Source: Octopus sinensis (taxonomy: Eukaryota). From it: DNA of 64,000 bases. The stretch lies in contig NC_043018.1 in assembly GCF_006345805.1 (NCBI RefSeq), forward strand, positions 29,016,001 to 29,080,000, in the 5' to 3' direction. A model generated the notes under the pieces. It was not told where the DNA came from, did not search any database, and worked only from the letters and a program-made list of their open reading frames with translations. The position numbers and the translations under genes are program-made. The stretch's first letter is position 1, and every line of letters begins with the position of its first letter. Of this stretch, positions 13,116-26,478 are shown piece after piece.

Positions 13116-14653
13116 TGTTTTTATTAGCCACACAGGGCTGCACACAGACAGAACAAATTACAAGGTAGAGCTTTTCTTTTGGGGGTAAAAAAATGGGGGT
13201 TGGTTTTCGATCAAAAGGGATCGTAAAAGGAAAGAAAGAGGACAAAAAAACGGGAGGATTTAAAAAAAGGGGGGGAGAGGAAGAAAAAAGTTGATCAATA
13301 GGGATCGTAATCACAGAAATGTCAATATGAAGTGTAAAGGGGAGGACAGGTGAGGTTTACCCGTGGAAAGAAAAGCCTACGGAAAAGACCACGGTAACCT
13401 CGGTCAATGAAGTCACATGTTATATTTCTTTTTTTTTTTGCAAATAAGCAACTCTCTGTATTAATTTACGGTTCATAGAATCATAGTAAAGGTGGCTTCG
13501 TCGTTCATACGTGCCATCCTTGCTACATTCACCCATCTTTTTTTAAAGCATTCACTAGACAAAACTTGCCTCTCTACTCTCATTTTCCTCTTCAAGTGAT
13601 ACTTGAAGAAGTTGAGAGATTGACAGAGAGGAAAGTGTTTGTCTCTAATCCTTTCAGACGCGTCCACCAGATACATTCTTTCGCCATAGCCACAAGTATG
13701 ATAAAAATAGCTCTTCCTTCCCGTTTGAAGGAAGGAGGCGTGAAGATATTAACGATAGACTCGGCTGATAAACCGACACGTCCCACACGTGACAGCAGTC
13801 GTTCGACAAAAGCCCACAGGTCGGAAATTGCTGGACACTGCACGATTGCGTGCAGAGCGGTTTCGTCGCTCTGCCCGCATCTCGGGCAGGTTGGCCCCGT
13901 GTTTCTCGAGCCATGCTTATAGAGCTTATCCTGAACGGGTAGCGCTTCTCGGTAGCACCGCCAGGCCATCGATCTCTGGAAGTTGTCCATAGGTCCCGGG
14001 CCGAAAGTCGTTTGAAAGAGGCGGGTCAGGTATTCTTCGTCGACGCCCAGGTTTGCCCCGAGATCGTCGTCGTACCTCCCCTCCACTAATCCCCTATAGA
14101 ATGCTTTGGTTGTGTTGAAGTCACTCAAAATCGACCCGGGACGGCAGAGTTGCTTGAGAGCAACGCGACACTCGCGGTGCCATTCACCCTTCCTCGGCCT
14201 CTTTTTGATCCACGACTGCAGTTCGGTCATGGAGACGAGTTGCGGGAATGCGTGCCTCACAAACGGCGACCACACCTGTTCACCGTCGTCTACATAGAGC
14301 CGGAGATGTCGCAGTCTCAGCGCGTGTCTGCGCATCATCAACCACGGCATGCCCAGCCCTCCTTTTAACGGGTGTTGACAGCAAATGGATCGCCTGACAA
14401 TCGGGACGCATCCTTTCCACAAGAAGCGGAAGAGAATGCGTTCTAGTTTGGTGATGGTAGGGTCGGGACAAGGTACGACGGTCAGGCGGTAGTAGATGAC
14501 GGACGCGATGTACGTGTTCGCCTCCTCCGCCCGACCTTTTAGGGACAGTTTCCTCTCGGCCCATTGCTGGGCGAGAGTGACCACCCTACTCGTTATCTCG
14601 TTCCAGTTCTTCTCCATTTGGAGGTCCGGACCGAACCAGACCCCGAGCAACTC
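13116..14653 (-). mobile_element. 5'-truncated Tx1-like LINE, copy B (tandem duplicate of copy A)
   Basis: 352-aa ORF 13592-14650 is collinear with the ORF2 C-terminus; same truncation point as copy A; (GATA)n flanks. Confidence 0.93.
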
Positions 14654-14730
<77 letters not shown>

Positions 14731-14734
14731 TATG

Positions 14735-14826
<92 letters not shown>
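14654..14826. repeat. (GATA)n microsatellite
   Basis: Direct reading. Confidence 0.95.
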
Positions 14827-15019
14827 TGTAAGATATGTATGTATGTATGCGTACCTATATATGCAATTATAAAGGAAGAGAGAAATATACTATGATAAAT
14901 CACATTTTACCATTGGATATTCATATTTTACATTTGTTTCGCAGCTTAATAAACATGTATAAATAGTTTATCATATTTTATAATAGATAATAAATTTTTT
15001 ACATGTCTATATTAATACA

Positions 15020-15917
15020 TTTATATACACACACACATACATACACACATACATACATACATACATAGTTACATACATACACAGACACACACATACACAC
15101 ATACACACATACACGCATGTACACATACATACATACACATACACACACATACATACATACATACATACATACATACAGACACACACACACTTACACACAT
15201 ACACACATACATACATACATACACACATACACACATACACATACATACATACACACATACATACATACACACACACATACACACACATACACACATACAT
15301 ACATACATACATACATACATACATACAAACATACATACATGCATATGGGGTTGGCTGTATTGCAGGCGTGGGGCAGTGTGTGTATGTGTGTGCCTGTGGA
15401 TTCACATACACCCACACCAATTGTTTTCCCATCAATCTTTCAATTATAAAGTGTGTGCTTGCATACATATATATACACACATATAAACATATAAACACAC
15501 ATATAAACCTCTACATTTGTACACACACGCACATATATACATACATACACTCACACGCACATACACACACACGCACACACACACACACATTTACATATAT
15601 ATACTATACACTCACACACACATACACACGTACAAACACACACAAATTCACATACACACCGACACATATACATACACACAATATATACCTACACGCGCAC
15701 GCACACATACACATACGTACACACACGCATACAAACGCACACATACACGCACACACAACTACACGCACATACATACACACACACACACACAAATGAACCC
15801 ACACATACATCCCATACACACGGCACACAATTATACATACACGCACACACATATACACACACACACTACAAACAAAACACACACACGATACATATACATA
15901 CACGCACACACACATAC

Positions 15918-15950
<33 letters not shown>

Positions 15951-15960
15951 CATATATATA
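15020..15960. repeat. Degenerate (CA)/(TACA) microsatellite block
   Basis: Direct reading; source of spurious H/T/Y and V/C/M ORFs. Confidence 0.9.
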
Positions 15961-16129
15961 CGTATTGTATTCTATGCGATTTGTACAGTGATACAATAAG
16001 GAGGCTTTCACTCAGTGCAACAATCAGAAACTCTCCAAACTTTAAATTGATGGAACCATCCCCTTTACTTCTCAGCCAGTTTTGTAACTTTACTTTGGCT
16101 GCTTCACCACTTTTTTCAGATCTCACATA

Positions 16130-16513
16130 TTCTTTTCTACTCTAGGCACAAGGCCTGAAATTTTTCTGGAGCTGGACGGGGCCAGTTGATTAGATCAACC
16201 CCAGTACGCAATTGGTACTTAATTTACGGTTCCCGAAAGGATGAAAGTAAATGTCGACCTCGGCGGATTTTGAACTCAGAACGTAACGGCAGACGAAATA
16301 CCTATTTCTTAAATACCCACAAGGGGATAAACACAGAGAGGACAAACAAGGACAGACAAACGGATTATGTCGATTACATCGTCCCCAGTACGTAAATGGT
16401 ATTATTTAATCGACCCAGAAAGGATAAAAGGCAAAGTCGACATTGGCCGAATTTGAACTCAGAACGTAACGGCAGACGAAATACCGCTAAGCATTTCGCC
16501 CGGTGAGCTAACG
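16130..16513 (-). mobile_element. SINE family B, long form with duplicated body
   Basis: Head ggcggcgagctggcagaaacgttagc on the minus strand; body gagttcaaattccgccgaggtcgactttgcc occurs twice. Confidence 0.85.
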
Positions 16514-17047
16514 TTTCTGCCAGCTCGCCGCCTTTCACATCTCTCACATTGTCCATATAGAGTTTTTTCTGACATTTCTTTATTATTTTTAGTTCCACTT
16601 TCATTTTACTTTTTCCTGATATCTGTTGCGTTTTTGTACTTGTTGTGCAAGATTCACATAAGTTGATCTGATTTTGGGAGGTTCATAAGGCCAAAAATAA
16701 ACACACGCACTAAATCTACTTCACCTCTTTTTATCGGGTCGAATAAATAATTATCAGTTGTGCACTGGGGTCGATGTAATCGATTGACCCTTTGCCCCAA
16801 AATTGTTGGCCTTGTTCCAGAATATAAACAATTATTATTTTTAACACCCACATTTTTTTTTCGAAGTGAAGCTATCGAGTGTAAATTTTGATTTTGATGC
16901 AGCAGAACGCAAGTGTTTTTCAGCATCTTGCTGGTTTGACTGGGGTTTAGAATATTTCTCTCTTTTTTTTATGTTTTTAGTTTACAAGATTCTTAATGCA
17001 AATTCGTGTGTTGAAATAAATTTTGTTGTATCTCGGGAGGGTCATTA

Positions 17048-17280
17048 CGTTTCTTTATTACCCACAAGGTGGCTAAAGATAGAGGGGACAAACAAGGACA
17101 GACAAACGGATTAAGTCGATTACATACCGCCAGTGCGTAACTGTTTCTTATTTTATTGACCCCGAAAGGATGAAAGGCAAAGTCGACCTTGGTGGAATTT
17201 GAACTTAGAACATAACGGCAGACGAAATACGGCTACGCTTTTCACCCGGCGTGCTAAAGATTCTGCCAGCTCGCCGCCGT
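17048..17280 (-). mobile_element. SINE family B with 15-bp TSD
   Basis: TSD tcgggagggtcatta at 17033-17047 and 17281-17295. Confidence 0.9.
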
Positions 17281-17364
17281 TCGGGAGGGTCATTATGCTA
17301 ACAACAAACTCACGCTGGTTCTATTTTACTTTGTTTATTGTTATTAATCGCAACTGATGAAATG

Positions 17365-17845
17365 AAATTGACAAATCTAATTGATTGATTGGTTGCCTGG
17401 ACAATCAATCAATCAAAGAATCGATGACCTAATTATTTAAACAGTTAACTATTTCATTAATAAGAATACAAAATATAGAACCAGGGCGGGTGTTTATTAT
17501 TGCTATAAAGATCCTCCCGCCTAACAAAGCTGCAAAGTTTTCTTTGACTGGGTGCTGTAGTATAAGACATTACCCAAGTTGTTACGCAGTGGAACTGAAC
17601 CCGGAATTGTGTAAATGGTAAGCAAGCTTCCAATCACACAGCCACGCCTGTGCCTTTTCAGTTTTTCTTGAGGTTTTTTTCAAAAATAATGGTAACAGCT
17701 ATATTGACAAATCTACTTGATTAATTGGCTGAGCGGACAATTAGTCAAACAATCGATGAGCTAATTCTTTAAACGGCTAATTATTTAATTAATAAGAATA
17801 AAAGAAATAGAACCAGGCCGCGTGTTTATTATTGATATAAAGAAG
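17365..17845 (+). repeat. Diverged ~140-bp direct repeat (about 17367-17510 and 17703-17843) around a family A SINE fragment
   Basis: attgacaaatcta..ttgatt...aatcgatga.ctaatt.tttaaac...aataagaata...tagaaccagg...gtgtttattattg occurs twice. Confidence 0.75.
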
Positions 17846-18119
17846 CTCCTGAGACACAGCAGTATTTTTTCTTTACAACTATCTTTTTCTTTCTAGACTT
17901 TCGAATTCGTTGCCTTTCAAAGAAAGAAAGAAAAATTTCCCTTTGTTTATGTTTGGAAGCCATTAAGACTTTTCCATTATTTTATTCCAGGCTCTTTTTA
18001 AAGTCAAACACTGGTATTGTATAGTGAATGCTTAACTACATAAGGCCCCCACCTCCCTGTAGTAGTAGTAAATATGTTTTTCCTCTCTCTTTGTTTGCGA
18101 TCACGTATTCTAAAAGTGA

Positions 18120-18392
18120 AGGCACGTGGCGTAGTGGTTAATCTGTCGCACTCACGATCTCTAGTTCGTAGTTTCGATTCCCAAACTGGGACGGTACGTT
18201 GTGTTCTTGAGCAAAACAATTCATTTCACGTTGCCTCAGTCTCCGCTCTTGATCAGTGGAGGTGGGATGTAGGCCTGCTCGCCTAGCTAGCTGCGTGAAA
18301 TCATTTGAAGCTTAAAACAATGCATAGCGCATTGTGACCAGCGAAATGTAACGGCATCTGATAGTCTGACTGGTCACGTGATAACATGACCA
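18120..18392 (+). mobile_element. tRNA-derived SINE with RTE-type tail, degenerate
   Basis: A-box tggcgtagtggt, B-box gtttcgattccc; tail aaaacaatgc..agcgcattgtgaccagcg...ggtcacgtgat as at 34700-34790. Confidence 0.7.
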
Positions 18393-18810
18393 CATGTATT
18401 CAATATACAGTTGTTTGTTTTATTTCACTGTCTTATCAATTAACAGGCGTGATTTTTGTCTTAAGTTTTTGATCACAGTGTCTGGCTTGTTACCATTTAT
18501 TTGCCTCTCTGTTTGTATTCCATAATCACAAAGGATGGTAGCATTTTCTCCCTCAGTGACTGGCTCTGCATGGTGTTCTTACAAGTTCTTAAGGAGCAGG
18601 AGATCCTAGTGACAGCATATGCTCCAGTGCAAGTATTGAGGAACTCAATCATGCCTAGTTTTATATTCTGTAGGGGCAAGGACTGAACAACAGAATTTGC
18701 CGGAATGTTATTTTGAGGCATAGTGACCACTAGTCCCATGAAATCTCAAGAATCTTTCGTATAATAATAATGATGGTGATGATGATGATGATGATGATAA
18801 TGAAATGATG

Positions 18811-18846
<36 letters not shown>

Positions 18847-18868
18847 TAATAATAATAATATTGATAAT

Positions 18869-19283
18869 ACTCTTTTACATGTTTCAGTCATTTGACTGTG
18901 GCAAGCTTTAGGGGCACCGCCTTTAATAGAGCAAATCGACACCAGGACTTATTCTTTGTAAGCCTAGTACCTATTCCATCGGTTTCTTTGCCGAACCGCT
19001 AAGTTCCTAGGACGTAAACACACCATCGGTTTTCAAGTGATGTTGGGGGACACGCACACACAAACATACACACACACACACACGCACACACACACACACA
19101 CACATACATACATATATATATATATATACATATATACGACGGGCTTCTTTCAGTTTCTGTCTACCAAATCCACTCACACGGCTTTTGTTGGCCGGAGGCC
19201 ATAGTAGAAGACACTTGCCCAAAGTGCCACGCAGTGGGATTGAAACCGGAACCATGTGGCTGGTCAGCAAGCTACTTACCACA
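18869..19283 (-). mobile_element. SINE family A (internal microsatellite)
   Basis: Matches the family consensus seen at 29325, 31747, 37188 and 49835. Confidence 0.88.
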
Positions 19284-19284
19284 C

Positions 19285-19346
19285 TAAGAAGAAGTAGAAG
19301 AAGAAGAAGAAGAAGAGAAGAAAAAGGAGTAGGAGAAGAAGAAGTA

Positions 19347-19406
<60 letters not shown>

Positions 19407-19572
19407 TAATAATAATAATAATAATAATAAGAAGAAGAAGAAGAAGAAGAAGACGACGAAGAAGAAGAAGAAGAAGAAGAAGAAGAAAAAGGAGGAGGAG
19501 AAGAGGAGGAAAATAATAATAATAATAATAATAAGAAGAAGAAGAAGAAAAGGAGGAGGAGAAGAAGAAGTA

Positions 19573-19626
<54 letters not shown>

Positions 19627-19780
19627 GAAGAAGAAGAAGAAGAAGAGAAGAAGTAGAAGAAGAAGAAGAAGAAGAAGAAGGAGAGAAGAAGAAGAAGAAG
19701 AAGAAGAAGAAGAAGAAGAAGAAGAAGAAGAAGAAGAAAAGGAGGAGGAGAAGAAGTATAATAATAATAATAATAATAAT
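19285..19780. repeat. Compound (GAA)/(TAA)/(GGA) microsatellite
   Basis: Direct reading. Confidence 0.95.
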
Positions 19781-20583
19781 AGAAATATTAAAATTACTAA
19801 GTCTCTCTAAAAGAGAACACGGCAGCGTTCCTGGAAATTAATAGTTATCGCCATACTAATATGGCATTCTTATAAAAATAAGAATAAAGCTGTCCGCTTA
19901 TTAGCTCCATGAGGCCATCGCCTTAAGTTAGCTATTTGATACACAAACTGTATCCATATAACCTTCGAACAAGGGAGGCCAGTCGCTCCACACTACTTGA
20001 TCGACAGCTACAGACGCGTTTCGGGGTATTTCGGGCAATACCCCGAAACGCGTCTGTAGCTGTCGATCAAGTAGTGTGGAGCGACTGACCTCCTTGTTCG
20101 AAGGTTATATGGATACAGTTTGTGTATCAAATAGCTAATTAAGGCGATGGCCTCATGGAGCTAATAAGCGGACAGCTTTATTCTTATTTTTATAAGAATG
20201 CCATATAGTATGGCGATAACTATTAATTTCCAGGAACGCTGCCGTGTTCTCTTTTAGAGAGACTTAGTAATTTTAATATTTCTATTATTGAAAACAAGTG
20301 GATGTATTCCACCGAAACTAGGTAAATAAAACCTTCGAACAGAGATAGTCGGAAGCGACACCTACTGGTCTGACTACGCTACATTGACAAGGGGCAATAC
20401 CCCGAAACGCGTCTGTAGCTGTCGATCAAGTAGTGTGGAGCGACTGACCTCCCTTGTTCGAAGGTTATATGGATACAGTTTGTGTATCAAATAGCTAACT
20501 TAAGGCGATGGCCTCATGGAGCTAATAAGCGGACAGCTTTATTCTTATTTTTATAAGAATACCAAATTAGTATGGCGATAACT

Positions 20584-20590
<7 letters not shown>
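19775..20590 (+). mobile_element. Non-coding Penelope/retrozyme-like element: ~255-bp inverted arm plus ~1.5 tandem copies of a 359-nt unit
   Basis: 19775-20030 is the reverse complement of 20037-20289; the sequence from 20033 recurs at 20392; embedded in (TAA)n; contains a hammerhead. Confidence 0.8.
20378..20419 (+). ncRNA. Minimal type I hammerhead ribozyme, U3-A8 variant
   Basis: gctaca TTGACAA gggg-caata-cccc GAA ACGCGT C tgtagc: 6-bp stem I, 4-bp stem II, palindromic stem III, GUC triplet. Confidence 0.8.
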
Positions 20591-20644
<54 letters not shown>

Positions 20645-20699
20645 TAATAATAATAATGATAATAAAAAGAAGAAGAAGAAGAAGAAGAAGAAGAAGAGA

Positions 20700-20835
20700 A
20701 TCGACAATCCATCTCCTTGTGGCAAGAGGATTATAATCTCCAGAATTTTTGGGAGAATATAGGACGGTACTTTTCTGAACGTCTACAGTATTAATCTCGG
20801 TTCTGATGTCTTTTAGTCTGTTAGGTAGAACTATT
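20700..20835 (-). mobile_element. 3' remnant of a restriction-like-endonuclease LINE (R4/Dong-like)
   Basis: Minus strand reads LPNRLKDIRTEINTVDVQKSTVLYS then ILPKILEI in a shifted frame, resembling the LQK..L..ARILRKVLE terminus; runs into trinucleotide repeats. Confidence 0.45.
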
Positions 20836-21171
20836 TTGCTGGATATAATGGAAAGTGTCAGCTGCCCACAGCTAGCAGGCAAAGGTGACACTTGTTTACT
20901 GATCATAACTTGCAAAAAAGCTTGCAAAACCCTTGAAGGTACTAGCAATGGTGATTTATTGTAAGTGTTCAATTTTTATGTTTGTGCCAATCTTTTTGAT
21001 CCACGTTGTTACTTGAGTGCCGATACTTCCAAGCACGCCAATTGCTATTTCAATCATATCCACTCTCTTCATTGCCCATGGCTCGCGTATTTCCCACTTC
21101 GATTCATCATACCTGTTCACTTTCTCTTCATTCTTTTCAATCCTTTTGTCACAAGGACATGCTGTGTCAAT

Positions 21172-21452
21172 TTTTCTTCTTCTTCTTCTTCTTCCTTTTC
21201 TTTTTCTTCTTCTTCTCCTCCTTCTTCTTCTTCTTCTTCTTCTTCTTCTTCTTCTTCTTCTCCTGCATCTACTTCTTCATCATCTTCATCTTCATCTTCA
21301 TCTTCATCTTCATCTTCTTCTTCTTCTTCTTCTTCTTCTTCTTCTTCTTCTTCTTCTTCTTCTTCTCCTCCTTCTCCTCCTCCTCCCCTCCCCTCCCCCT
21401 TCTCCTTCTTCTTTTCTTCTTCTTCTTCTTCTTCTTCTTCTTCTCATTATTA

Positions 21453-21546
<94 letters not shown>

Positions 21547-21571
21547 TACTACTATTACTATTATTACTACT

Positions 21572-21630
<59 letters not shown>

Positions 21631-21720
21631 TACTATTATTATTATTATTACTATTATTATTATTACTATTATTATTATTATTATCATTACTATTATTATT
21701 ATTATTATTATTATTATTAC
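21172..21720. repeat. Compound (TTC)/(TTA) microsatellite
   Basis: Direct reading. Confidence 0.95.
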
Positions 21721-21957
21721 TTCACTTCTCAGAGCTCTTAATTACATTTCCTCCGGTTAATTCAGTAAGAGCGGACAATAAAATCTATTGTCAGAGGTTT
21801 TACAGAATCTCTTGCTACAATGCTTAACACACCCACGTTACCAATCTTAAGATCTTCACCGCCCCCAACAAAAGAACTGGAACATCATATAAATGTTATA
21901 TTTCCTACTCTTCTAATTGTGTATAATAATTCTCTCGGTATTTGTTTTTTCGTTTTT

Positions 21958-22198
21958 ATTCTTTTACCTTCCATTTTTATCTTTTGTTTGTTTTAGTTAT
22001 TGACAGTGGCCAGCTGGAGCACTACCTTGAAGGTTTATTAGTCGAACGAATCAATCGACCCCAGTGCTTATATTTTAAGCATAGTACATATTCTGTCGAT
22101 ACTCTGTACCGCACGGATACGTTACGAAGCATAAACGTACGAACACCGATCGCCAGGCAGTGGTGTGAATGAAACAGAAACGCAGAGCCAGCCGCACC

Positions 22199-22232
<34 letters not shown>

Positions 22233-22306
22233 ATATATATAATTATATATATATATATATAATATATATATATATATGCATGTATATATATATCTATGTA
22301 TATATG

Positions 22307-22339
<33 letters not shown>

Positions 22340-22965
22340 TCATATATGTATATATATGTATATATACGTATGCATATATATACATATATGTATATGTATA
22401 TATATGTATATATGTATGTATATACATACATATGTGTAACTATGTACATACATACATATGTATGTACATATGTTTCCTTTTTATTTTTGTTTTTATGTTT
22501 TCGTTTCTGAGTGAGTTCAAAAATTTTTTGATATCCTGTACACATTTATGCATGTATATATACATATATATGTACGTATGTACATATATGTATGTGTATA
22601 TGCATATATTTATATATCATATATGTTATTATATACATACATATATATGTATGTATATACATATATACACACACACATATATATACATATATATATGATA
22701 TTATAATATACATACACACATACACACATATCTATATATATATGTCTGCGTGTGTGTGTATATATATATGTATGTATATATGTGTGTATGTATGTATATA
22801 CATGTACAATGGCTTCTTTTGGTTTCCGCCCGCCTAAAAAAGCTGCGACGTCTTCGTCGACTCGGCACTATATAAGACACTTGCCCAAGTTGCTTCGCAG
22901 TAGAACCGAACCCGGAATTGTGTAAATAGAAAGCAAGCTTCGTAACACACAGCCACGCCTATGCC
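21958..22965 (-). mobile_element. Old SINE family A copy split by an expanded internal (AT)/(GT) tract
   Basis: 3' half at about 21958-22195, 5' half at about 22805-22965. Confidence 0.65.
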
Positions 22966-23524
22966 TTTTGAGTGTTTCTTTAGGTTTTTAGGAAGAATGG
23001 TAACAGCTATATTACCTCTTCCTGTTGACTTAGTCAAACCGAAAATAACGTGACAAGAACTGTTTCCATTTGCCATTTATTTTCAAAGTATAAAATGACA
23101 AGAGCATATCCTCTCTTGTTAGCAGGAATGCATCAAAGAATTGTTTCTGGTGTTGTTAGGAAATGAAAAGAATTCCTGGTGATTGTATTTCAAAACGGAA
23201 TAAAAGAATAAATAACGTGGTTTTTTTTTTTTCATAAAATCCGTTTCCATAAAATATCATATCTAAACAGATATTCTGAGATATTGATGTTGATATTCTC
23301 GATACTATTGTGGCTGTTATTGTATTGTTCTTGGTGATAATGAAGGCAACGACGATGTTGATAATGTTTATGAATATTATAGTCGTGATGCTGATTATAG
23401 CATTGGGTGTTGATATTCACGATGGAAACATTACAAAGAATTACACATTTCCTTTGAATAACCGGTGGCCCCAACAAGATGTACAATACATCAAGCATTA
23501 CAGGATATAGCCTTCCTTTGTAAA

Positions 23525-23626
<102 letters not shown>

Positions 23627-23946
23627 CATACACACATGATATCTGTTTTTTGTCCAGTTATAATAAAAGCAGTTTTGCATTAATCTGATGATTTAACCTA
23701 TATTTTTGTAGGGTGGAAATTTATTGATCTTAAACAAGAATGCTGTTGACAATGACTTCGAAGTTTCGTTCTGCTATGGTGTCGTTGGACTGCGGTGCAT
23801 TAGAGTTAGCTTCTATAACGGCAAGACTAACCGTAATGCATAGCAGTCCGAAGATTGCGTAGCTAGCTCAAACTTCGAAATCTCTGTCAACAACATACCA
23901 GCATACGTGTTTAAGAATATTATATATATATATATATTGTTTGTTC

Positions 23947-24210
23947 CTTCTCGGTTTCCTTGGCGTATAGGTTCTCCACCTGGACGGGACGCCGGTCCGT
24001 CGCAGGTGAGCTGCAAGATGCAGGAGGAAAGAGTGAGAGAAAGTTGTGGCGAAAGAGTCAGCAGAAGTTCGCCATTTACCTTCTGCCTGAGCCGCGTGGA
24101 GCTTAGGTGTTTCGCTCATAAACACACACACATCGCCCTGTCTGATATTCGAAGCCGCGATCCCTCGACCGCGAGTCCGCTACTCTAACCACTAGGCCAT
24201 GTGCCTCCAC
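23947..24210 (-). mobile_element. SINE family C (tRNA head), tail type 1
   Basis: Head gtggaggcacatggcctagtggttagagtagcggactcgcggtc; tail cctgcgacggaccggcgtcccgtccagg. Confidence 0.85.
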
Positions 24211-24211
24211 A

Positions 24212-24245
<34 letters not shown>

Positions 24246-24833
24246 GTCGCCACGTGGCTATACTAGAAGACACTTGCCAAATGTACCATGCAGTGGGACT
24301 GAAGACAGAACCTTGGGGTTGGTAAGCAAGCTACTGACGTAATTCTTGATTATATATGAAGAAATATGTATATGTACATAATAACATGTACGTGTATAAG
24401 TATAGAAACGTTTACGAAAAATTATGTTAGTTATAATGTGTTTTTTTAATTAGGTACACGTCTAAATATATGAATGCATTTGCGTGTACGTACATATATA
24501 TACGTGTATATATAGCATATTTTCTTAATCATATTTGTACCAACTGCTTGTGTATACGTGTTTTATGGGAGTATACGTGTATGTATTTTTATATATATGC
24601 ATATATTATTACCTAGAAGTGTATATCTTGAATGCGTAGGTGAGCATACGTGTGTATTTATGTATTTATGTATGTATATATATATATAATATATTGTACG
24701 TTTAAATATTTATTGGCTAAACTGGCAAAATGACCATTCCGAAATATAACATATATATATATATATATATATGTATGTATATATATATGTATAATATATA
24801 TATATATTGTATATATAATATATATATTATATA

Positions 24834-24887
<54 letters not shown>

Positions 24888-25027
24888 ATATATATATATG
24901 TTATATATATATATAAAATAGGAATTAGAGATAAAACTCTATGCAACTCCCTGTCGGTTTGGAGCTATACTCCCTAATATTATTACTATATATATGTATA
25001 TATATACGTATATATATATAATATATA

Positions 25028-25058
<31 letters not shown>

Positions 25059-26478
25059 CATGTGTGTGTGTATGTATGTATATAAGTATGTATATATGTG
25101 TACTGTATATATAAGATGAAGGTTCTTCCCGACTATAATTATTCTATGTGTTATCTATTTTTCATATTATTTCCATCAGTTTTATAAACAAATTATAAAA
25201 GTATTCACTTATTTATTTTCTCTCATTCATATGATATTATTTGCTGCAACTCACAATCTAACGTTTGTTTACCAGTTATTACCCTAATACAACCAATTAC
25301 CCTCTGGCCAATGTTTATACCAATATTGGTAATTAAATGTTATTCAGTCTGTTGAGGTAATTTTGTAGCATAACATCTACTAACATAAAAGTATGACTTT
25401 TCTATTCCTCTGAGGAAATTTTGCCCAGTAAAATGTTTTTACTTATTGGAATTTAATTCTTTGGGCAAAATCAAACAAGATGCAAAAACAGCTTTCGTAA
25501 TTCCATCACCTCTTCCTCTCTAGAATTCTTCGCTGCCGGCATAAACAAGCTCCATCTTCTTATTTTAATTTGAATATTTGTAAACCAAGATTTATACGTA
25601 AGTGGTTTCGTGTCGGTCATTTTTTTTATTTTTTCAGATATGCACACGCACTATATATTTGTTCTTCACTCATTACTTGCTGTTCTTATTCTAACACATG
25701 TCCATTGTCCAGAAATCTTTCGTCACACATCTGTGACCTCCTCAGCAAAACGTTTTGCTTTTCCTGTGTACTCATGTCAGTTATATAGTGAGAAGAGTCT
25801 AAGTGATGAGGCTTCTATCACTACATAACTGTAACTCCTTTACCTTTTACACTATTATACCTCTCTCTATATCTATCACCCCCATTCCTTCTATCTGACA
25901 TTCCTTTCCTCTTTACCCTATCATCTTTTTACACTCTAATATATTTCTCTCTCTCTATCACCCTCATTTCTCCATTACTACTTTCAAGTTATCTTGACTG
26001 ACCACTAACTGGTATACTTTCCCTGTCTTCATCTCTTTGTTATCTCTCTCCTTGTTTTTCTTTTTCCTTTTTTCTTTCTTTTCTTTATTCCTCTATTCCT
26101 GTTCTTTTTTCTTTTGTTTTCCTTTTTTCTTCTTTTCTTTATTCCTCTATTCCTGTTTTCGATTTGAACTTACAAATACATTCCCTACTTTAGGTCACTT
26201 TAAATATAACCCCCTATTCAATAGCACTGTGTACAAACTCTATACTTGGAATGGCCAATTTTAAATGCTATTGGAATTTACTCTTCAGCAACACTTGTCC
26301 TTTTCCTCTGCACTCTTGCTCCACTTACTTCATTCTGCTCTTCCATCATAAAATAAAACTCGCAAAATCTCGTAAACCCATAGCCTCATAATCTAGGTTC
26401 TCGTGAAGTGGGGCATTACTGTATATAAGTATATATATGTATATATATATATATATTATATATATATATATATATATA

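Noticed and set aside
20965-21827. Long ORFs (247-273 aa) of poly-S/Y/F/L/I, and similar ORFs at 3.8-4.3, 15-16, 22, 36, 44 and 60.6 kb
   Set aside because: They are translations of stop-free microsatellites with no protein-like complexity.
25110-26424. Possible pogo/Tc1-type remnant (ends ...ggggcattactgTA)
   Set aside because: Only one TIR-like end was found and no convincing transposase motif.
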